Sequence record: SRR31156797_898
Direction: 5' to 3' (one strand)
DNA length: 49,386 bases
The translations under genes and the position numbers were made by a program. The notes beneath the pieces were generated by a model. The model made no database searches. It had not been told where the DNA came from and saw nothing but the letters and a program-made list of their open reading frames with translations. Shown here one piece after another: positions 19,962 through 30,286 of the stretch (the first letter of the stretch is position 1; each line of letters begins with the position of its first letter).

Positions 19962-21302
19962 TTAGTCCGGATCTTCATCTGGAAGAGGTTTGCCTTGACT
20001 TGCTGGCTCATAGCCTGCAGCGGTACGTATTTCGTTGTCATCAAAGATAGGTTCACCAGTTGACGTAGCCTTATCATTGATAACGCTCATCTTCTCAGCC
20101 TGTTCTAGCTTCTCTACTTGAGTTGATTCATTCAGATCATCCCAAACAACCGTAAATTCAGATATTGGCTTGATGGTGCCTAAATTAGTGAGCTTTTCGA
20201 CAAGCTCTTCTACTTCACCGCTGAGTTCCATCTCTCTTCGAGACTGACAACGAGCATTGAAATACTTGTTGTCCTCAGTGCTTGAACGCTCCGCCTGTTG
20301 GTTGCCAACTAGAATTCGTCCAGGAATATCCACCGATGATGAGAACGTCTGCAGGTTAATATCATATGGCGGAGTTGGATCTGGCGTATTAGCGACAAGT
20401 GGCGTAACTGTAGCCCCTTGCGTTGACATCAATACGTCGTTGCCCTTGTTTATCTCTTTGGCTACTTCGTTGAATTTATCCTGTAGCTCATTAACACTCA
20501 CACCGTATAACGAAGCGAGGTTATTAAAATCAATTTCTTTATCAAAGTTGATGTTCAACTGACGAGCAGCGTTCTTGAGGAATGACTCACCAGAACCGCC
20601 CTCTACTTTCTCGATGTTGGTTAGCGCGTTGTAACCCGGCTCAAGAAATCCGATAGCATCTAGCGTGTAATCACCAAGGATAAATACTCTGTCTGGGTGA
20701 ACATCAAAAAGCTGTTTAGAACCATTAGGTAGGGTCGAGTGATAGGACCACATATTTGGCTTACCGTAGTTTGAACTACTTAAAGCCGAGTCATATTCTT
20801 TGACTGTAATGCAGTTAGCCCAAGCAACGGTAAACTTCTCTATTCCGTGGCCTTTACCAACCTCCTCATTCCATTTCTTGTCGTCACGGAAATGGATAAG
20901 GATTCCAGCATAACGCCCAACCAAGCGACGCTTATCCGCTTCTGCAAACGCCTTCCATAATTTCTTAGTTAAGACGGTCTTGTTCGATTTTTCCCAAGCT
21001 GTTTCTTTCTTGGATTCATCTTGTTCTTCACCCTCGATAATCTCAGGGAAAGACGACCAGCATTTGCTTATTAGCTTGTTTACAGCAGAGAACGCCAACC
21101 CACCACGACGATAAGCGTTATACAAGTCGGAGAAATCTAATTGCTCTTTCCAGCCGTACTCGTACCAAGCAGAAGACCTTTTATGGTCCATACCCATGGG
21201 ATTGATTAACGCAGCACGAGCAGCAGCAACTGCATCATTCTGGTAGCTATTAGCTCGCAGATGAAGCGCATGGTTAACTGCCATTTGTAATTTATCGCTC
21301 AT
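19962..21302 (-). CDS. Portal protein (DUF1073-like)
   Basis: 446 aa between TerL and minor head; KVEGGSGESFLKNAARQL motif. Confidence 0.85.
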   Translation of the reverse strand: MSDKLQMAVNHALHLRANSYQNDAVAAARAALINPMGMDHKRSSAWYEYGWKEQLDFSDLYNAYRRGGLAFSAVNKLISKCWSSFPEIIEGEEQDESKKETAWEKSNKTVLTKKLWKAFAEADKRRLVGRYAGILIHFRDDKKWNEEVGKGHGIEKFTVAWANCITVKEYDSALSSSNYGKPNMWSYHSTLPNGSKQLFDVHPDRVFILGDYTLDAIGFLEPGYNALTNIEKVEGGSGESFLKNAARQLNINFDKEIDFNNLASLYGVSVNELQDKFNEVAKEINKGNDVLMSTQGATVTPLVANTPDPTPPYDINLQTFSSSVDIPGRILVGNQQAERSSTEDNKYFNARCQSRREMELSGEVEELVEKLTNLGTIKPISEFTVVWDDLNESTQVEKLEQAEKMSVINDKATSTGEPIFDDNEIRTAAGYEPASQGKPLPDEDPD

Positions 21303-21529
21303 ACTTCGTATTCCGTCCGTTCAAGCACACAACGCTTGCCGTTTGGTTCATGCAATGTTGTCGATGGGTTATGAATTACTTCAACGCTGGATAAGTTAGG
21401 ATCACGCCAAAGTAATGTTTCTTTCGCTGTGTAGGTATTAACAGCTGTTTCACGAGCGCATGTTATGCAGCGCGCACGAACAAGCAGCGAAACAGAACCG
21501 TCTCGCGCTTTTACTTTGAATAAGGCCAT
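21299..21529 (-). CDS. Small hypothetical protein (CxxC)
   Basis: Tightly packed between terL and portal; RARCITCARE. Confidence 0.65.
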   Translation of the reverse strand: MALFKVKARDGSVSLLVRARCITCARETAVNTYTAKETLLWRDPNLSSVEVIHNPSTTLHEPNGKRCVLERTEYEV

Positions 21530-21531
21530 AG

Positions 21532-23010
21532 TTATCTCAATCGTTTAGGGATCATCATTCCGAGAGCTTGCGGCAATGCGAGTGCGGTTAATGCGTAAAC
21601 CGTTGCGTCAAGTCTGTCTGGTGACTTCTTGGCAGTGGTTGGAACGTATTCCATCATCTGGTTTTCAAGTGTGTATAAGTTACCGCTGTGAGCGACACGA
21701 CCTTGCTCATACAGTGCAGATATTGGCTCTGCCCTAGCAAACTTACCTTTGTTTGCATGGACTCGGATAATGCGCCCCTTAAACCCTGCGTTTTTGAGCG
21801 TATCCTCTGCCATATCTCCGCCTTGGTTGGTTTCGATAACAATAGAGTCTGCATTATGGGTTTCATAAGCGAAGATCGCCTTCTTAGCCCATCCTGCAGG
21901 AGAGAACTTACCGCTGTAATCTGCATCAACACTGAACAAGGCTTTATCACCAGCACCATAAGCACTTGCGACAGAAATACCCGTTTCGTCACTTTCATCG
22001 CTATTTGATGCCTGAGGGTCTATAGCAACTACGGTTCTTGTTCTATCTAGTTCTATTTGAAGCTCATGCGCTGCCGCAATCATTGCCTCATTCCATAAAG
22101 CGCCTTCTTCATTAAATCTTCGTGGTCGCTGCATGTACTGAGCTTCAGCTGACCGACGATGAGAGAACAAAGCTACTCGGTGTGACTCGTTATGCTTAAA
22201 CGGCCACAGCCAACCGTCATCTAATCCATGATCAATTGGTATCGCATGCGTGTTCTCTGGGTAAAGAACCTCATAAGGAAGAGTGTTATCAATGATGACT
22301 GGCAGATTTAAGTGATGCCATTTCTCGCCAGAACCACCACGTAACAGATAACCGCTTAAGTCGTTGTAGTGAATGCGCTGCATGATCACTATCATTGGAG
22401 TGGTTTCTATCGCTAAACGAGACTTAATGGTTTCGTTAAATCGATTATTTACCCCATCCCTGACAACTTCAGAGAATGCATCATCCGGCTTTACCGGATC
22501 GTCAATAATTAGCGCGCCTTGCCAACCGGGTTCCATGTGTCCAGCACGAAAACCAGTAACCTGACCAGCTGCTGATGACGCATAAACACCACCGCCAAAC
22601 TCGTTCCACCACATTGCTTTACTGTCTGCATCATCACGTAGCTTCATAGGCCACATAGATTGATAAGCAGATGACTTAATCACGCCTCTTGCAGTGGATG
22701 AGTTAAGCAATGCTAAGTTGTGTGAATAAGAAAGGTGCATGAACCTAGCGCGATTGTTTAACGCTATTCCGCGCCCCATCATGTTGATGGTTGCCAGTTC
22801 GGTTTTTGTGTAGCCAGGTGGAACGTTTATGATTAGCCGATTAATCTCACCATCGATAACGCGATCAAGCGTTCTTTGAATAACTTCATGGTGAGGCGCG
22901 ACAATCATCTTGCCGCCTGTGCGTTGTTTAAAGAAATAACGTGAAAAGTAAAGGCCGTCTTCTTCGCATTCTATCTTTCTAGCGTAATTCCTTTGCTCAA
23001 CAGTCGTCAT
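21532..23010 (-). CDS. terL: Terminase large subunit
   Basis: INVPPGYTKT Walker A variant, LIIDDP Walker B, AIDP and PDRLDA nuclease motifs. Confidence 0.95.
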   Translation of the reverse strand: MTTVEQRNYARKIECEEDGLYFSRYFFKQRTGGKMIVAPHHEVIQRTLDRVIDGEINRLIINVPPGYTKTELATINMMGRGIALNNRARFMHLSYSHNLALLNSSTARGVIKSSAYQSMWPMKLRDDADSKAMWWNEFGGGVYASSAAGQVTGFRAGHMEPGWQGALIIDDPVKPDDAFSEVVRDGVNNRFNETIKSRLAIETTPMIVIMQRIHYNDLSGYLLRGGSGEKWHHLNLPVIIDNTLPYEVLYPENTHAIPIDHGLDDGWLWPFKHNESHRVALFSHRRSAEAQYMQRPRRFNEEGALWNEAMIAAAHELQIELDRTRTVVAIDPQASNSDESDETGISVASAYGAGDKALFSVDADYSGKFSPAGWAKKAIFAYETHNADSIVIETNQGGDMAEDTLKNAGFKGRIIRVHANKGKFARAEPISALYEQGRVAHSGNLYTLENQMMEYVPTTAKKSPDRLDATVYALTALALPQALGMMIPKRLR

Positions 23011-23572
23011 CCTCCAACATCTCCTGTCGAGCTTGTTTATATTCGTCTTTGCTCAGGGTTAGCGTTTCTATTGGTCCGCCGTTTATGCCTGATATTTCTT
23101 TGCGCTCTTTGAACGCCTGTACATCAACATGCTTACCGATGAGCTCTAGGTTTTTAACCTTGTCAGGCCATTTTATTTTCTTTAGTAGACCTATTTGTTC
23201 TCTATCTTCGCCGCGACCTTCCCAAAGTTCAGCGATATCGATACCAGACATGTAAGTGCGCCAAACTTTAGGCCACTCGCTAACTGGTTTAATAGATCCG
23301 TCATCAGCGAGAATATCAAGAACGTCCATTTGGTCTATTTCAACCAATCTAGCCAGAACGTAGTTAGCATCAACTTTTGTTTCTTTAACTCGCTCAGCTT
23401 TCAATTCTGCAATGCGATTTGCTATGTGAGGTTTTGTGAGGTTTTCGTATGCAGTCTCTTTGGCTGTCTTCTCACTATAACCAGCTCTAATCGCTGCCTG
23501 TGTAGCGTTCAGGTCAATGAGATACTCCCGACAGAACATCTCTTGTTTGTCAGTAAGCTTGCTCATATTCAC
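22997..23572 (-). CDS. terS: Terminase small subunit
   Basis: LTDKQEMFCREYLIDLNATQAAIRAGYSEKTA. Confidence 0.95.
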   Translation of the reverse strand: MNMSKLTDKQEMFCREYLIDLNATQAAIRAGYSEKTAKETAYENLTKPHIANRIAELKAERVKETKVDANYVLARLVEIDQMDVLDILADDGSIKPVSEWPKVWRTYMSGIDIAELWEGRGEDREQIGLLKKIKWPDKVKNLELIGKHVDVQAFKERKEISGINGGPIETLTLSKDEYKQARQEMLEDDDC

Positions 23573-23654
23573 TCTCTATTCATAACTACTGATAAAAAGC
23601 CGGATTATTTCCAACAAAAATGATTAACAATTCAAAATTGTGAGTTTAAATTCA

Positions 23655-24134
23655 CTATTTGACCGATAAGCACTGGGTTTTGATGTAGTCCTGCAAGTAT
23701 CTCGTTTGCTGTAAGTTATCTGCCATCATTCTTCTGAGGCGTAGATAATCTTCTCTAGCTGTGTCGCTAAGTCGTGCGGTTCCTGCATCGCCCACGCTTC
23801 CGGCTTTATCGGCTCCGGGCACTGTTGGACAATCGGCTTTGACGTACACCCGCTGTTTGCCAGTGCGGATGCTATCGCTAAGGCGATCAATTTCTTTCTG
23901 TGCATTGGACAGTTCCTTTGCATGCTTTTCACTGAGTTCGTTGAACGAGTGAATTTTTTCAACCTGGCGAATACTCAAGTCGTAGAGTGAATCACGCTGC
24001 TCTATAGCTTGGTCACGTTCTAGCTGTGCCGTAATTCGACTTTGCTTTTCTATAGTGAACAAGCTGTAAAGCACAATGATGATGGCAACTATTACCCCTG
24101 CGGTTACTAGCTTCACGGTGGCTGTAAGCTGCAT
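23655..24134 (-). CDS. i-spanin (Rz-like)
   Basis: N-terminal TM helix, coiled coil, LQDYIKTQC end. Confidence 0.9.
   Translation of the reverse strand: MQLTATVKLVTAGVIVAIIIVLYSLFTIEKQSRITAQLERDQAIEQRDSLYDLSIRQVEKIHSFNELSEKHAKELSNAQKEIDRLSDSIRTGKQRVYVKADCPTVPGADKAGSVGDAGTARLSDTAREDYLRLRRMMADNLQQTRYLQDYIKTQCLSVK
23726..23905 (-). CDS. o-spanin lipoprotein (Rz1-like), embedded in Rz
   Basis: [20 protein letters not shown] lipobox; Pro-rich [12 protein letters not shown]; alternative frame wholly inside Rz. Confidence 0.85.
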   Translation of the reverse strand: MHRKKLIALAIASALANSGCTSKPIVQQCPEPIKPEAWAMQEPHDLATQLEKIIYASEE

Positions 24135-24595
24135 ATCTCATCCTCAACTTGTCTACGTGTAATCAGTCCATTCCATTTTTTACCGCCAGCGTATATCCAA
24201 CGGTGAAGCTCTTTGCATGCCCCAGATACATCACCTGAGTTCAGCTTAGCCAGCAGAGTGGAACGGGAGAATGCGCCAACGCCAACGTTGTAAGTGAATG
24301 AGTAAAGCGCCGCTTTTGTTGCCTCTGGAAGGTCTGTTTTGATTAGCGGGTCGATTTGCCTTTTAACCTCGCCAAGGTCTCTATCAAGCAAAGCTTCACA
24401 CTCTGCCACGGTATAAGTCTTCCCTTCGACAATGTCTTTACCTGTATGCCCGTAACAGACGGTAAGCACACCAGCAACATCACGATATGGAACAAGCTCT
24501 AAGCCTTCGAGCGGTTTAATCATCGATACCGCTATAGCCAATGCACCAGCACCAGCCAACGCTAAGGCACGAGCTGCACTAGCCACTTTGCTCAT
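24113..24595 (-). CDS. SAR endolysin (GH24 lysozyme)
   Basis: Ala/Gly-rich N-terminal anchor; E-x8-D-x5-T triad ([16 protein letters not shown]); FTYNVG. Confidence 0.93.
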   Translation of the reverse strand: MSKVASAARALALAGAGALAIAVSMIKPLEGLELVPYRDVAGVLTVCYGHTGKDIVEGKTYTVAECEALLDRDLGEVKRQIDPLIKTDLPEATKAALYSFTYNVGVGAFSRSTLLAKLNSGDVSGACKELHRWIYAGGKKWNGLITRRQVEDEICSLQPP

Positions 24596-24794
24596 TGATG
24601 CTTTCCTTCTTGAATCTTTTTTGGAATGTCTTCTTCTGCCAGTGCCAGTTAATTGCAGCGGTTATCACCATACCGACACCACCAATAATCACCGTCCACC
24701 AATCTGGGGAAATGCCGGGAACCCACGCAAACAACCCACAAACCCAAGCCCACGTATACGACAGAGCGCTGGAAATATCTTTATTCATACGCAT
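24579..24794 (-). CDS. Holin, possible dual start (Met-Arg-Met)
   Basis: Two hydrophobic segments and a basic C-tail; overlaps the endolysin start; ATGs at 24794 and 24788. Confidence 0.8.
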   Translation of the reverse strand: MRMNKDISSALSYTWAWVCGLFAWVPGISPDWWTVIIGGVGMVITAAINWHWQKKTFQKRFKKESINEQSG

Positions 24795-24840
24795 ATCCAC
24801 CCCCTGTCGGAGTGTCCTTTATTCGGAAAGTTAACTGACG

Positions 24841-24880
24841 AGAAAAAGAAAAAGCCCGACATAAATGCCGAGCTTTGTTT
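24841..24880 (-). terminator. tR'-like terminator upstream of the lysis genes
   Basis: Minus strand gctcggcat tt atgtcgggc followed by a T-rich tract, between Q and holin. Confidence 0.75.
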
Positions 24881-24976
24881 TATTTGATAGCAGCGAAACA
24901 GTGCAGCCGCCGTAGCTTTGATACTGTCAGACTATGACAAAAAATTCGTAACGAATAGGGTTATTTTTGGATTTTT

Positions 24977-25387
24977 TTATTCTGCACTTTCAAATTTCAT
25001 TGATAAGCCAACACCTTCCTGAGCGGCTAGCGCACCCTGCACAAATGTTTCCATAAGCATGATGGCATTACGTACTTTTCCCTCAGAGCATTTTTTCTTA
25101 TCGGCCTTTGTGGTTCTACGCGCTATCTCGCAGTTATTCATACCGTACACATAACTCAAGATAAAAAACGTCATAGGCCTAGGGTTTTTCTCGTCATGCA
25201 TCATTAGTACGATTTTATCTACAACAGCAGCTTCTTCATCAGTGAGTGTTTCATAGTATGGCTTAGCTTCTCTTGGTAGAACGTTTGACATACCAGGTGC
25301 TTCTCGATACCAATCGCAGTCAACGTTGTTGTTGCTCCATGCGCCCCACGCTCGCAATATTTTTCTAGTCGTTCTTAAGTCTCTCAT
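24977..25387 (-). CDS. Late antiterminator Q-like
   Basis: ILRAWGAW start, C-terminal HTH-like region; directly upstream of terminator and lysis cassette. Confidence 0.8.
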   Translation of the reverse strand: MRDLRTTRKILRAWGAWSNNNVDCDWYREAPGMSNVLPREAKPYYETLTDEEAAVVDKIVLMMHDEKNPRPMTFFILSYVYGMNNCEIARRTTKADKKKCSEGKVRNAIMLMETFVQGALAAQEGVGLSMKFESAE

Positions 25388-25674
25388 TCAACCACCAACA
25401 GCCCTTTTTCAATGAGTTTTTCCTGAGTTTCTTCGATGGCACGTAACTTGTCTGAGGCGTATTGATCACGCCCTGCTGAATCGATAGCTGAATGACAGCT
25501 GGAACAAGCGTAAACAACCATGTTGTCACCGCACTTAATAGCCATGCCGCGACGAACGCCAACATGAGCGGCAACAGTTGTTTCAGGATTGAAATTGCAA
25601 ATACCAACTAGGCGAAGTGTGCAATCTTCGCCCTTAGCGGATTTCATGATTTTCTTACTTCTGGCCAGAGTCAT
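25384..25674 (-). CDS. DUF1364-like Zn-binding putative nuclease
   Basis: SAKGEDCTLRLVGICNFNPETTVAAH..ACSSCH. Confidence 0.8.
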   Translation of the reverse strand: MTLARSKKIMKSAKGEDCTLRLVGICNFNPETTVAAHVGVRRGMAIKCGDNMVVYACSSCHSAIDSAGRDQYASDKLRAIEETQEKLIEKGLLVVE

Positions 25675-26150
25675 AATTCATCAACCCCTTTGTAAACATC
25701 ATCGAGATGGCCGCGAATTTCCATGCGGCGCAGTGCGCTATACATGTAAGATCGTTCAGCGGAGTGATTGCCGACAAATGGCTTGTTATAGTCGAAGTAT
25801 CCGTTGTCAGGCCAACCATGTACTTTGCGAATTTGCTTCTCTGTCGCATAGAGCAGCCCCCAACCATGAGGAAGTTCATCGACGCTGATCAGACCTTTTG
25901 GACATAGATAAAAACGCCAATCGCCCATGCCTTTTTCAGGTTCTTGCCTGAACCACTTCTTTGCATCTGCGAGGAAGTCAGACCTTGATACCTTTACCTC
26001 AATCAAGCATGTTGATGTGCCGCTAATTCCGAAAGCATCGGGCTGTTCACTGGTTGGCGCAAAGCGATCGTCGAAGACCACATTGAACCCGTTATTTTTT
26101 AAAAACTGAGCTGAGCGTCTGCATAGCTCATCGTGTTCTTTACTTGACAT
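25671..26150 (-). CDS. PD-(D/E)XK nuclease-like protein
   Basis: EQPDAFG..LIEVKVSRSDFLADAKK. Confidence 0.7.
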   Translation of the reverse strand: MSSKEHDELCRRSAQFLKNNGFNVVFDDRFAPTSEQPDAFGISGTSTCLIEVKVSRSDFLADAKKWFRQEPEKGMGDWRFYLCPKGLISVDELPHGWGLLYATEKQIRKVHGWPDNGYFDYNKPFVGNHSAERSYMYSALRRMEIRGHLDDVYKGVDEL

Positions 26151-26157
26151 ACCGACC

Positions 26158-26619
26158 TCAAAAGCTCATCAATTGATTGACGGCATTATCAAGCTGGCGC
26201 TTGTCTTCAAATACCGTGTTTAATACTTTGTTCCAGATAACATCAAGAACCTTCGTGTAGACTTGCTCAAACTCGCTATCATCCATGCTGGCAAAGCTTA
26301 TTGACTTGGCTTTTACCTTCACGGATCCGTCGAGGTTATAAGTCACCTCTCTGAATCCGGCTAGAATGGTGATCTGTTCACGGAATACGTCGAAGTTCTT
26401 CACAGCCTTGAACCCTTTCCACTGTTTTTCTGGTGGTGACCAATACTCAAACCCAAGATTTAAAAGCGCAAAGAATTTACGGTGAAATTGTGGGTTGCGC
26501 TTCTTGCTGTATTCGCACTCGATGAGAGAACCAAGAGGAATCTTTCTCATCAAATCCGCATCGTCTGTGCCGAGAGGTTTAAATCCACCCATGTCTTTAA
26601 CAAGGTTTAGTGTTGCCAT
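26158..26619 (-). CDS. DUF1367-family protein
   Basis: RNPQFHRKFFALLNLGFEYW; AKSISFASMD. Confidence 0.85.
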   Translation of the reverse strand: MATLNLVKDMGGFKPLGTDDADLMRKIPLGSLIECEYSKKRNPQFHRKFFALLNLGFEYWSPPEKQWKGFKAVKNFDVFREQITILAGFREVTYNLDGSVKVKAKSISFASMDDSEFEQVYTKVLDVIWNKVLNTVFEDKRQLDNAVNQLMSF

Positions 26620-26622
26620 ATC

Positions 26623-27123
26623 TCACCTCATTACCTGATTAACTAAACGGACATTGCTCTTAGCTTTAAACGAAACAGGTTTGTTTAGCCCGAGGAAACC
26701 GATGAAAGCAGCACTTCTTTGATCTTCATTACTGCGACCTTGCCAACCTGTAACAAGCTTGAATTGCTTGTCATTGGTATCTTTCCATGCGCTTGATGGT
26801 TTCTGCTTGATAACGGTAATACCAAGCTCTTCACACCAAGATTCAACTTCGCGCTGCGCCTGTTTCACCATTCCGACATGTTGAGATTTCTTCGCTTTTA
26901 CAGCCTGTGAATCAGTGTTTTTAAATCGGCCTTCATAGACTGCACTAACAGAATCGTTGTCCTCGATAGAGACAAGGACTTCACCAAAGTGCTTAAGGTT
27001 CTTAAGCAACATGGATAGCTTTGGCGTATTCAAAGAATGGAGCTCAATAAGCTTTTCGTTCTCGTACAGAGCTACACCATGAGCCTTTGAATCTGGGTCA
27101 ATTCCAATTACGAATTTAGTCAT
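26623..27123 (-). CDS. RNase H-fold (RuvC-like) putative resolvase
   Basis: VIGIDPD..GVA, SIED, NEDQRSAA. Confidence 0.7.
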   Translation of the reverse strand: MTKFVIGIDPDSKAHGVALYENEKLIELHSLNTPKLSMLLKNLKHFGEVLVSIEDNDSVSAVYEGRFKNTDSQAVKAKKSQHVGMVKQAQREVESWCEELGITVIKQKPSSAWKDTNDKQFKLVTGWQGRSNEDQRSAAFIGFLGLNKPVSFKAKSNVRLVNQVMR

Positions 27124-27391
27124 AGGTACATTGCTCCGTTAGATATGCTTCTCTGTTAATTTTCACCAAATTTGATCTAACGGATGGTTCAGGTGTCGTC
27201 GCATAAATTCCAGCTATGGCTCCACTTAAAAAAATCTTGACCAAACCATCTAAAAATCTCTTATTTGCAGCAGAGAAATGGCTTTGGACTATTGACCCAA
27301 ATACCTGTACTGAAAAATAGCCAGCAACGCCATGACCGAAATGTAGAGATTCAATTTGCTGCTGAAATTGAAGAACAACTTGTTCAATCAT
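27116..27391 (-). CDS. Hypothetical protein
   Basis: Overlapping start/stop packing in the operon. Confidence 0.5.
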   Translation of the reverse strand: MIEQVVLQFQQQIESLHFGHGVAGYFSVQVFGSIVQSHFSAANKRFLDGLVKIFLSGAIAGIYATTPEPSVRSNLVKINREAYLTEQCTYD

Positions 27392-27585
27392 TCTTCATCC
27401 TCCAAATCGTCACGCTTTGACTCACCAGAAATGACATACAACACATAAGCAACAACGCAGGAGCATGCATAGATAGCAATGCCTTTAGATTCACCGCTAA
27501 TTTCAAGATGAGAAATCAGTACTCCTACCAACATCGCAACCAATGCAGTGATGAAGAAAACACTCAAAATGGTCAGTTTGTTCAT
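27388..27585 (-). CDS. Small two-TM membrane protein
   Basis: Two hydrophobic helices; ATGA overlap. Confidence 0.65.
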   Translation of the reverse strand: MNKLTILSVFFITALVAMLVGVLISHLEISGESKGIAIYACSCVVAYVLYVISGESKRDDLEDEE

Positions 27586-27908
27586 GCCGTCACCCCGATT
27601 TTCTCCGCAACATCACGCACCGGCACAAACGGAATTAAGCTGTATCGATGTACTTGCTTGCCGTTAACCATTTCCATTCTTCTGTGTTTGACTAGGCCGT
27701 GCTTAATGGCACTGATCTCACGTAGACGAGCACTGATTGCTGCTTGAGTGTCTTTGTCCTGATAACGAGCAGCGATCATCTTTTCGATTTCTCTCAACGT
27801 GTACCAGCCACCAAACTCGGTCATAACTCGGATCACTCTGCCGATTTGTGTGCCGTAGTTAATTCGGCTTTGGAACTTTTTGTTTGCTTTCCATTGCTCA
27901 AGATTCAT
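27582..27908 (-). CDS. Putative winged-helix protein
   Basis: WYTLREI..QAAISARLRE. Confidence 0.65.
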   Translation of the reverse strand: MNLEQWKANKKFQSRINYGTQIGRVIRVMTEFGGWYTLREIEKMIAARYQDKDTQAAISARLREISAIKHGLVKHRRMEMVNGKQVHRYSLIPFVPVRDVAEKIGVTA

Positions 27909-27915
27909 GGCTCAC

Positions 27916-28146
27916 CTACTTGTTGATGATTTTGACGTTGATGACATCACCGATTGAGTTTCTGATAACTTCAAGTCGGTAGTAACCAGCCTTCCTGAGA
28001 TACTTGCGTAAAGTGCCTCGATTGATTTCAAGATAGATAGCCGCTTGCGTCTGATTGCCGCGAACTGATGCCATAAATTCATTTAGGGTGACAACTTCAA
28101 TTGTCTTTGGCTTGATGATTCCTAAGTTGATTAAATCTGTGGTCAT
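27916..28146 (-). CDS. NinH/Fis-like HTH protein
   Basis: RGNQTQAAIYLEINRGTLRKY; start preceded by GAGGTAACGACCA. Confidence 0.7.
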   Translation of the reverse strand: MTTDLINLGIIKPKTIEVVTLNEFMASVRGNQTQAAIYLEINRGTLRKYLRKAGYYRLEVIRNSIGDVINVKIINK

Positions 28147-28841
28147 TGGTCGTTACCTCGATTAACTTGTTCTGATTGTTTAGGTCTATTGCCTAGCTGC
28201 GCAATTCGATTGAATATAGAACCATTGCGATACTTACTTGGGTCAGGAACGCCAGCTCGTTCTCTTGCGATATCTGTTGGCATCACTACCGACTTTGGAG
28301 GAAGCGCTGGAACATCCTGAGGAATATCACCAGCTGAAAATCGCTTAACCCATTTGTCGAAAACTTTCTTAAATGCCCGTTCATCATCACCAATTGCTCT
28401 GAGCTTAACGTTTGCATGTACAGCATCGGTAAATACGAGTTTTTCAAAGTGATTGCTTGGCTTAGCGTTCGCCATGAATCGCTCGAAGCAAGCAGAAAAA
28501 TCAAACCCGAGATTTCGACAAGCATCGATAAACTCTGAAAGCGTTGGAGGCCAGCCGTTAGCTGAATCAATCAATACTTTCGCCATTCCCTTTCGAATTT
28601 GATCAACAGTAAGAACACTAAGACCTTGCTCCCATGTCGCGGGTAGAGATTCTGACGACCAACGATTCAAGTAAGCCTCACGGAACTTGGTATTAACCCA
28701 ATCCGCTACCGTCAACTGGATTAATTTCCCGTTCGATCGGTGCGGAAGCATGTCCGTACTTGGCGAGCAACCTCTCGTTGTATGCGTCGATTGAATTTGG
28801 CTTGTAGCCTGATTCAGTAACTCTTGGTTGATTTTCTTCAT
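28143..28841 (-). CDS. Replication protein P-like
   Basis: WPPTLSEFIDACR motif; follows the initiator. Confidence 0.75.
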   Translation of the reverse strand: MKKINQELLNQATSQIQSTHTTRGCSPSTDMLPHRSNGKLIQLTVADWVNTKFREAYLNRWSSESLPATWEQGLSVLTVDQIRKGMAKVLIDSANGWPPTLSEFIDACRNLGFDFSACFERFMANAKPSNHFEKLVFTDAVHANVKLRAIGDDERAFKKVFDKWVKRFSAGDIPQDVPALPPKSVVMPTDIARERAGVPDPSKYRNGSIFNRIAQLGNRPKQSEQVNRGNDQ

Positions 28842-29517
28842 GTGGGTCGTTCCATCGCTCGTTATTCAGGTACGTTGTTGCATGCAGCTTGTCGAAGCCG
28901 AATTGCTTTCGCTTGATACGTTCAGAAACATCGCTAACCAGCATTTCGGTAAATTCACTCACGGTTAGGTTTTGTTTTTTCAAAGCGGCTTTGAATGATT
29001 TCAGCGCGCCCTGCTTGTTCGCTTTGGTTGGGTAGGATTTCCAAAAGGTTTCAAATTCAGGAAAATCCAAATCACTTTTTTGTTTATTTTTATTACTACC
29101 AATCAGTACTTGTTTATTATCAGTACTTATTAGTGTCGGCTCAGCCAGATCTGGGTTAGCCTGATCTGGGTTAGACGTATTTGGCTCATCCTTATCCGTG
29201 TTATCCGTATCTGGCTTATCCGTAATAGGGTTATCAAATACTGTGTAATCAACGGTTCCGTCAGAGTGTTTCTTGGTAGATATAAACCCTTTGGACTTCA
29301 GTTCTTTTAGAATGCTGTAGATACCATCCCTGCCCGTTTTCTTTGCTGTTCCAACAGTGACTTTTTCCAACTGACTAGGACTAATAGACCAGTTATCTGG
29401 TTTTGATAGGATGTAGGAAAGCATCCCCATAGCCTGAAATGACAACAGTTTGTCTTCATAAACAGAGTTGGAAATGACGCTATAATTGCGCTCTCTTTTT
29501 GCCCGTATAATGCTCAT
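28693..29517 (-). CDS. Replication initiator (O-like)
   Basis: N-terminal LSFQAMGMLSYILSKPDNW HTH; FETFWKSYP and HATTYLNNERW; internal iterons. Confidence 0.9.
   Translation of the reverse strand: MSIIRAKRERNYSVISNSVYEDKLLSFQAMGMLSYILSKPDNWSISPSQLEKVTVGTAKKTGRDGIYSILKELKSKGFISTKKHSDGTVDYTVFDNPITDKPDTDNTDKDEPNTSNPDQANPDLAEPTLISTDNKQVLIGSNKNKQKSDLDFPEFETFWKSYPTKANKQGALKSFKAALKKQNLTVSEFTEMLVSDVSERIKRKQFGFDKLHATTYLNNERWNDPHEENQPRVTESGYKPNSIDAYNERLLAKYGHASAPIEREINPVDGSGLG
29060..29240. repeat. Replication origin: iterons plus AT-rich tract
   Basis: gatctgggttag x2 and ttatccgt x3 within the initiator gene, next to an AT-rich stretch. Confidence 0.7.
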
Positions 29518-29537
29518 GGGTCGTTACCTTTTGTGGG

Positions 29538-30005
29538 CTATCTGGCTCTGTAAACTCTGATGGTCGCTAATTTGCTCGCGATAATCTTCGCAGCAGCCTC
29601 GATAGCAGCAGCCTTGATCGCCTTAGCCTCTTTGCTGTCGATCATTTGGTCATCTGCGAGAGCTTTTGATATTTCGACATTGACTTCACCTAGTGCCGCC
29701 ATTTCACCGATCTGAATTTCGCTGAGCTCTTCTTGGTCAAGTTCGAAGTCGCCAATAGGAATGAACAAGCCGCCGCGTAAACTTGCACGGTATTGTGCTA
29801 AAACGTAGGTTCCTGCATGCAGTTCCATCGCTTCTAAATCGTCATCATCAAAGAATCGGCAACCGTTACGTTCGTAAAGCTTGTTGTTGAAGGTGGTTTC
29901 AGACATACCAATAGCGCCAGATAAAGCACCGCGCCCACCTTTGGTGTGCTTGATGATCTCTTTAACCACTTCTTTCTTGGATTCAAAAATAGCTAACATA
30001 ATCAA
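29538..30005 (-). CDS. CII-like / YmfL-family regulator
   Basis: FNNKLYERNGCRFF motif; position after cro. Confidence 0.8.
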   Translation of the reverse strand: MIMLAIFESKKEVVKEIIKHTKGGRGALSGAIGMSETTFNNKLYERNGCRFFDDDDLEAMELHAGTYVLAQYRASLRGGLFIPIGDFELDQEELSEIQIGEMAALGEVNVEISKALADDQMIDSKEAKAIKAAAIEAAAKIIASKLATIRVYRAR

Positions 30006-30018
30006 TGATTCCTTGTAG

Positions 30019-30267
30019 TTACGCGGTTTTATCTAGTGAGTTAGTATTCAGCTCAGGCCAAATACTTAACCAACTGTCTGGTCTTAAATTTTTTCTAGTT
30101 ACAAGACCGTTTGAGTTTTTCTCTATAGCAACACAAAGCTCAGCGCCAATTTTTGATTGCTTACTAATAGCAACGCGAAGGCTCGCTAGCGTTGTTCCAC
30201 ATTTAGCTGCGAAGTCATTTTGTTGTTCTACAGACAACATATTTAAAAAAGCTCTTAGTTCATTCAT
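30019..30267 (-). CDS. cro: Cro-like repressor (YdaS-like)
   Basis: FAAKCGTTLASL..IEKNSNGLVTRKNLRPD..IWPEL; divergent from cI. Confidence 0.88.
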   Translation of the reverse strand: MNELRAFLNMLSVEQQNDFAAKCGTTLASLRVAISKQSKIGAELCVAIEKNSNGLVTRKNLRPDSWLSIWPELNTNSLDKTA

Positions 30268-30286
30268 AGGTACTCCTTTGGAATGA

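Noticed and set aside
225-23952. Numerous plus-strand ORFs opposite the structural genes
   Set aside because: Antisense shadows of well-supported minus-strand genes
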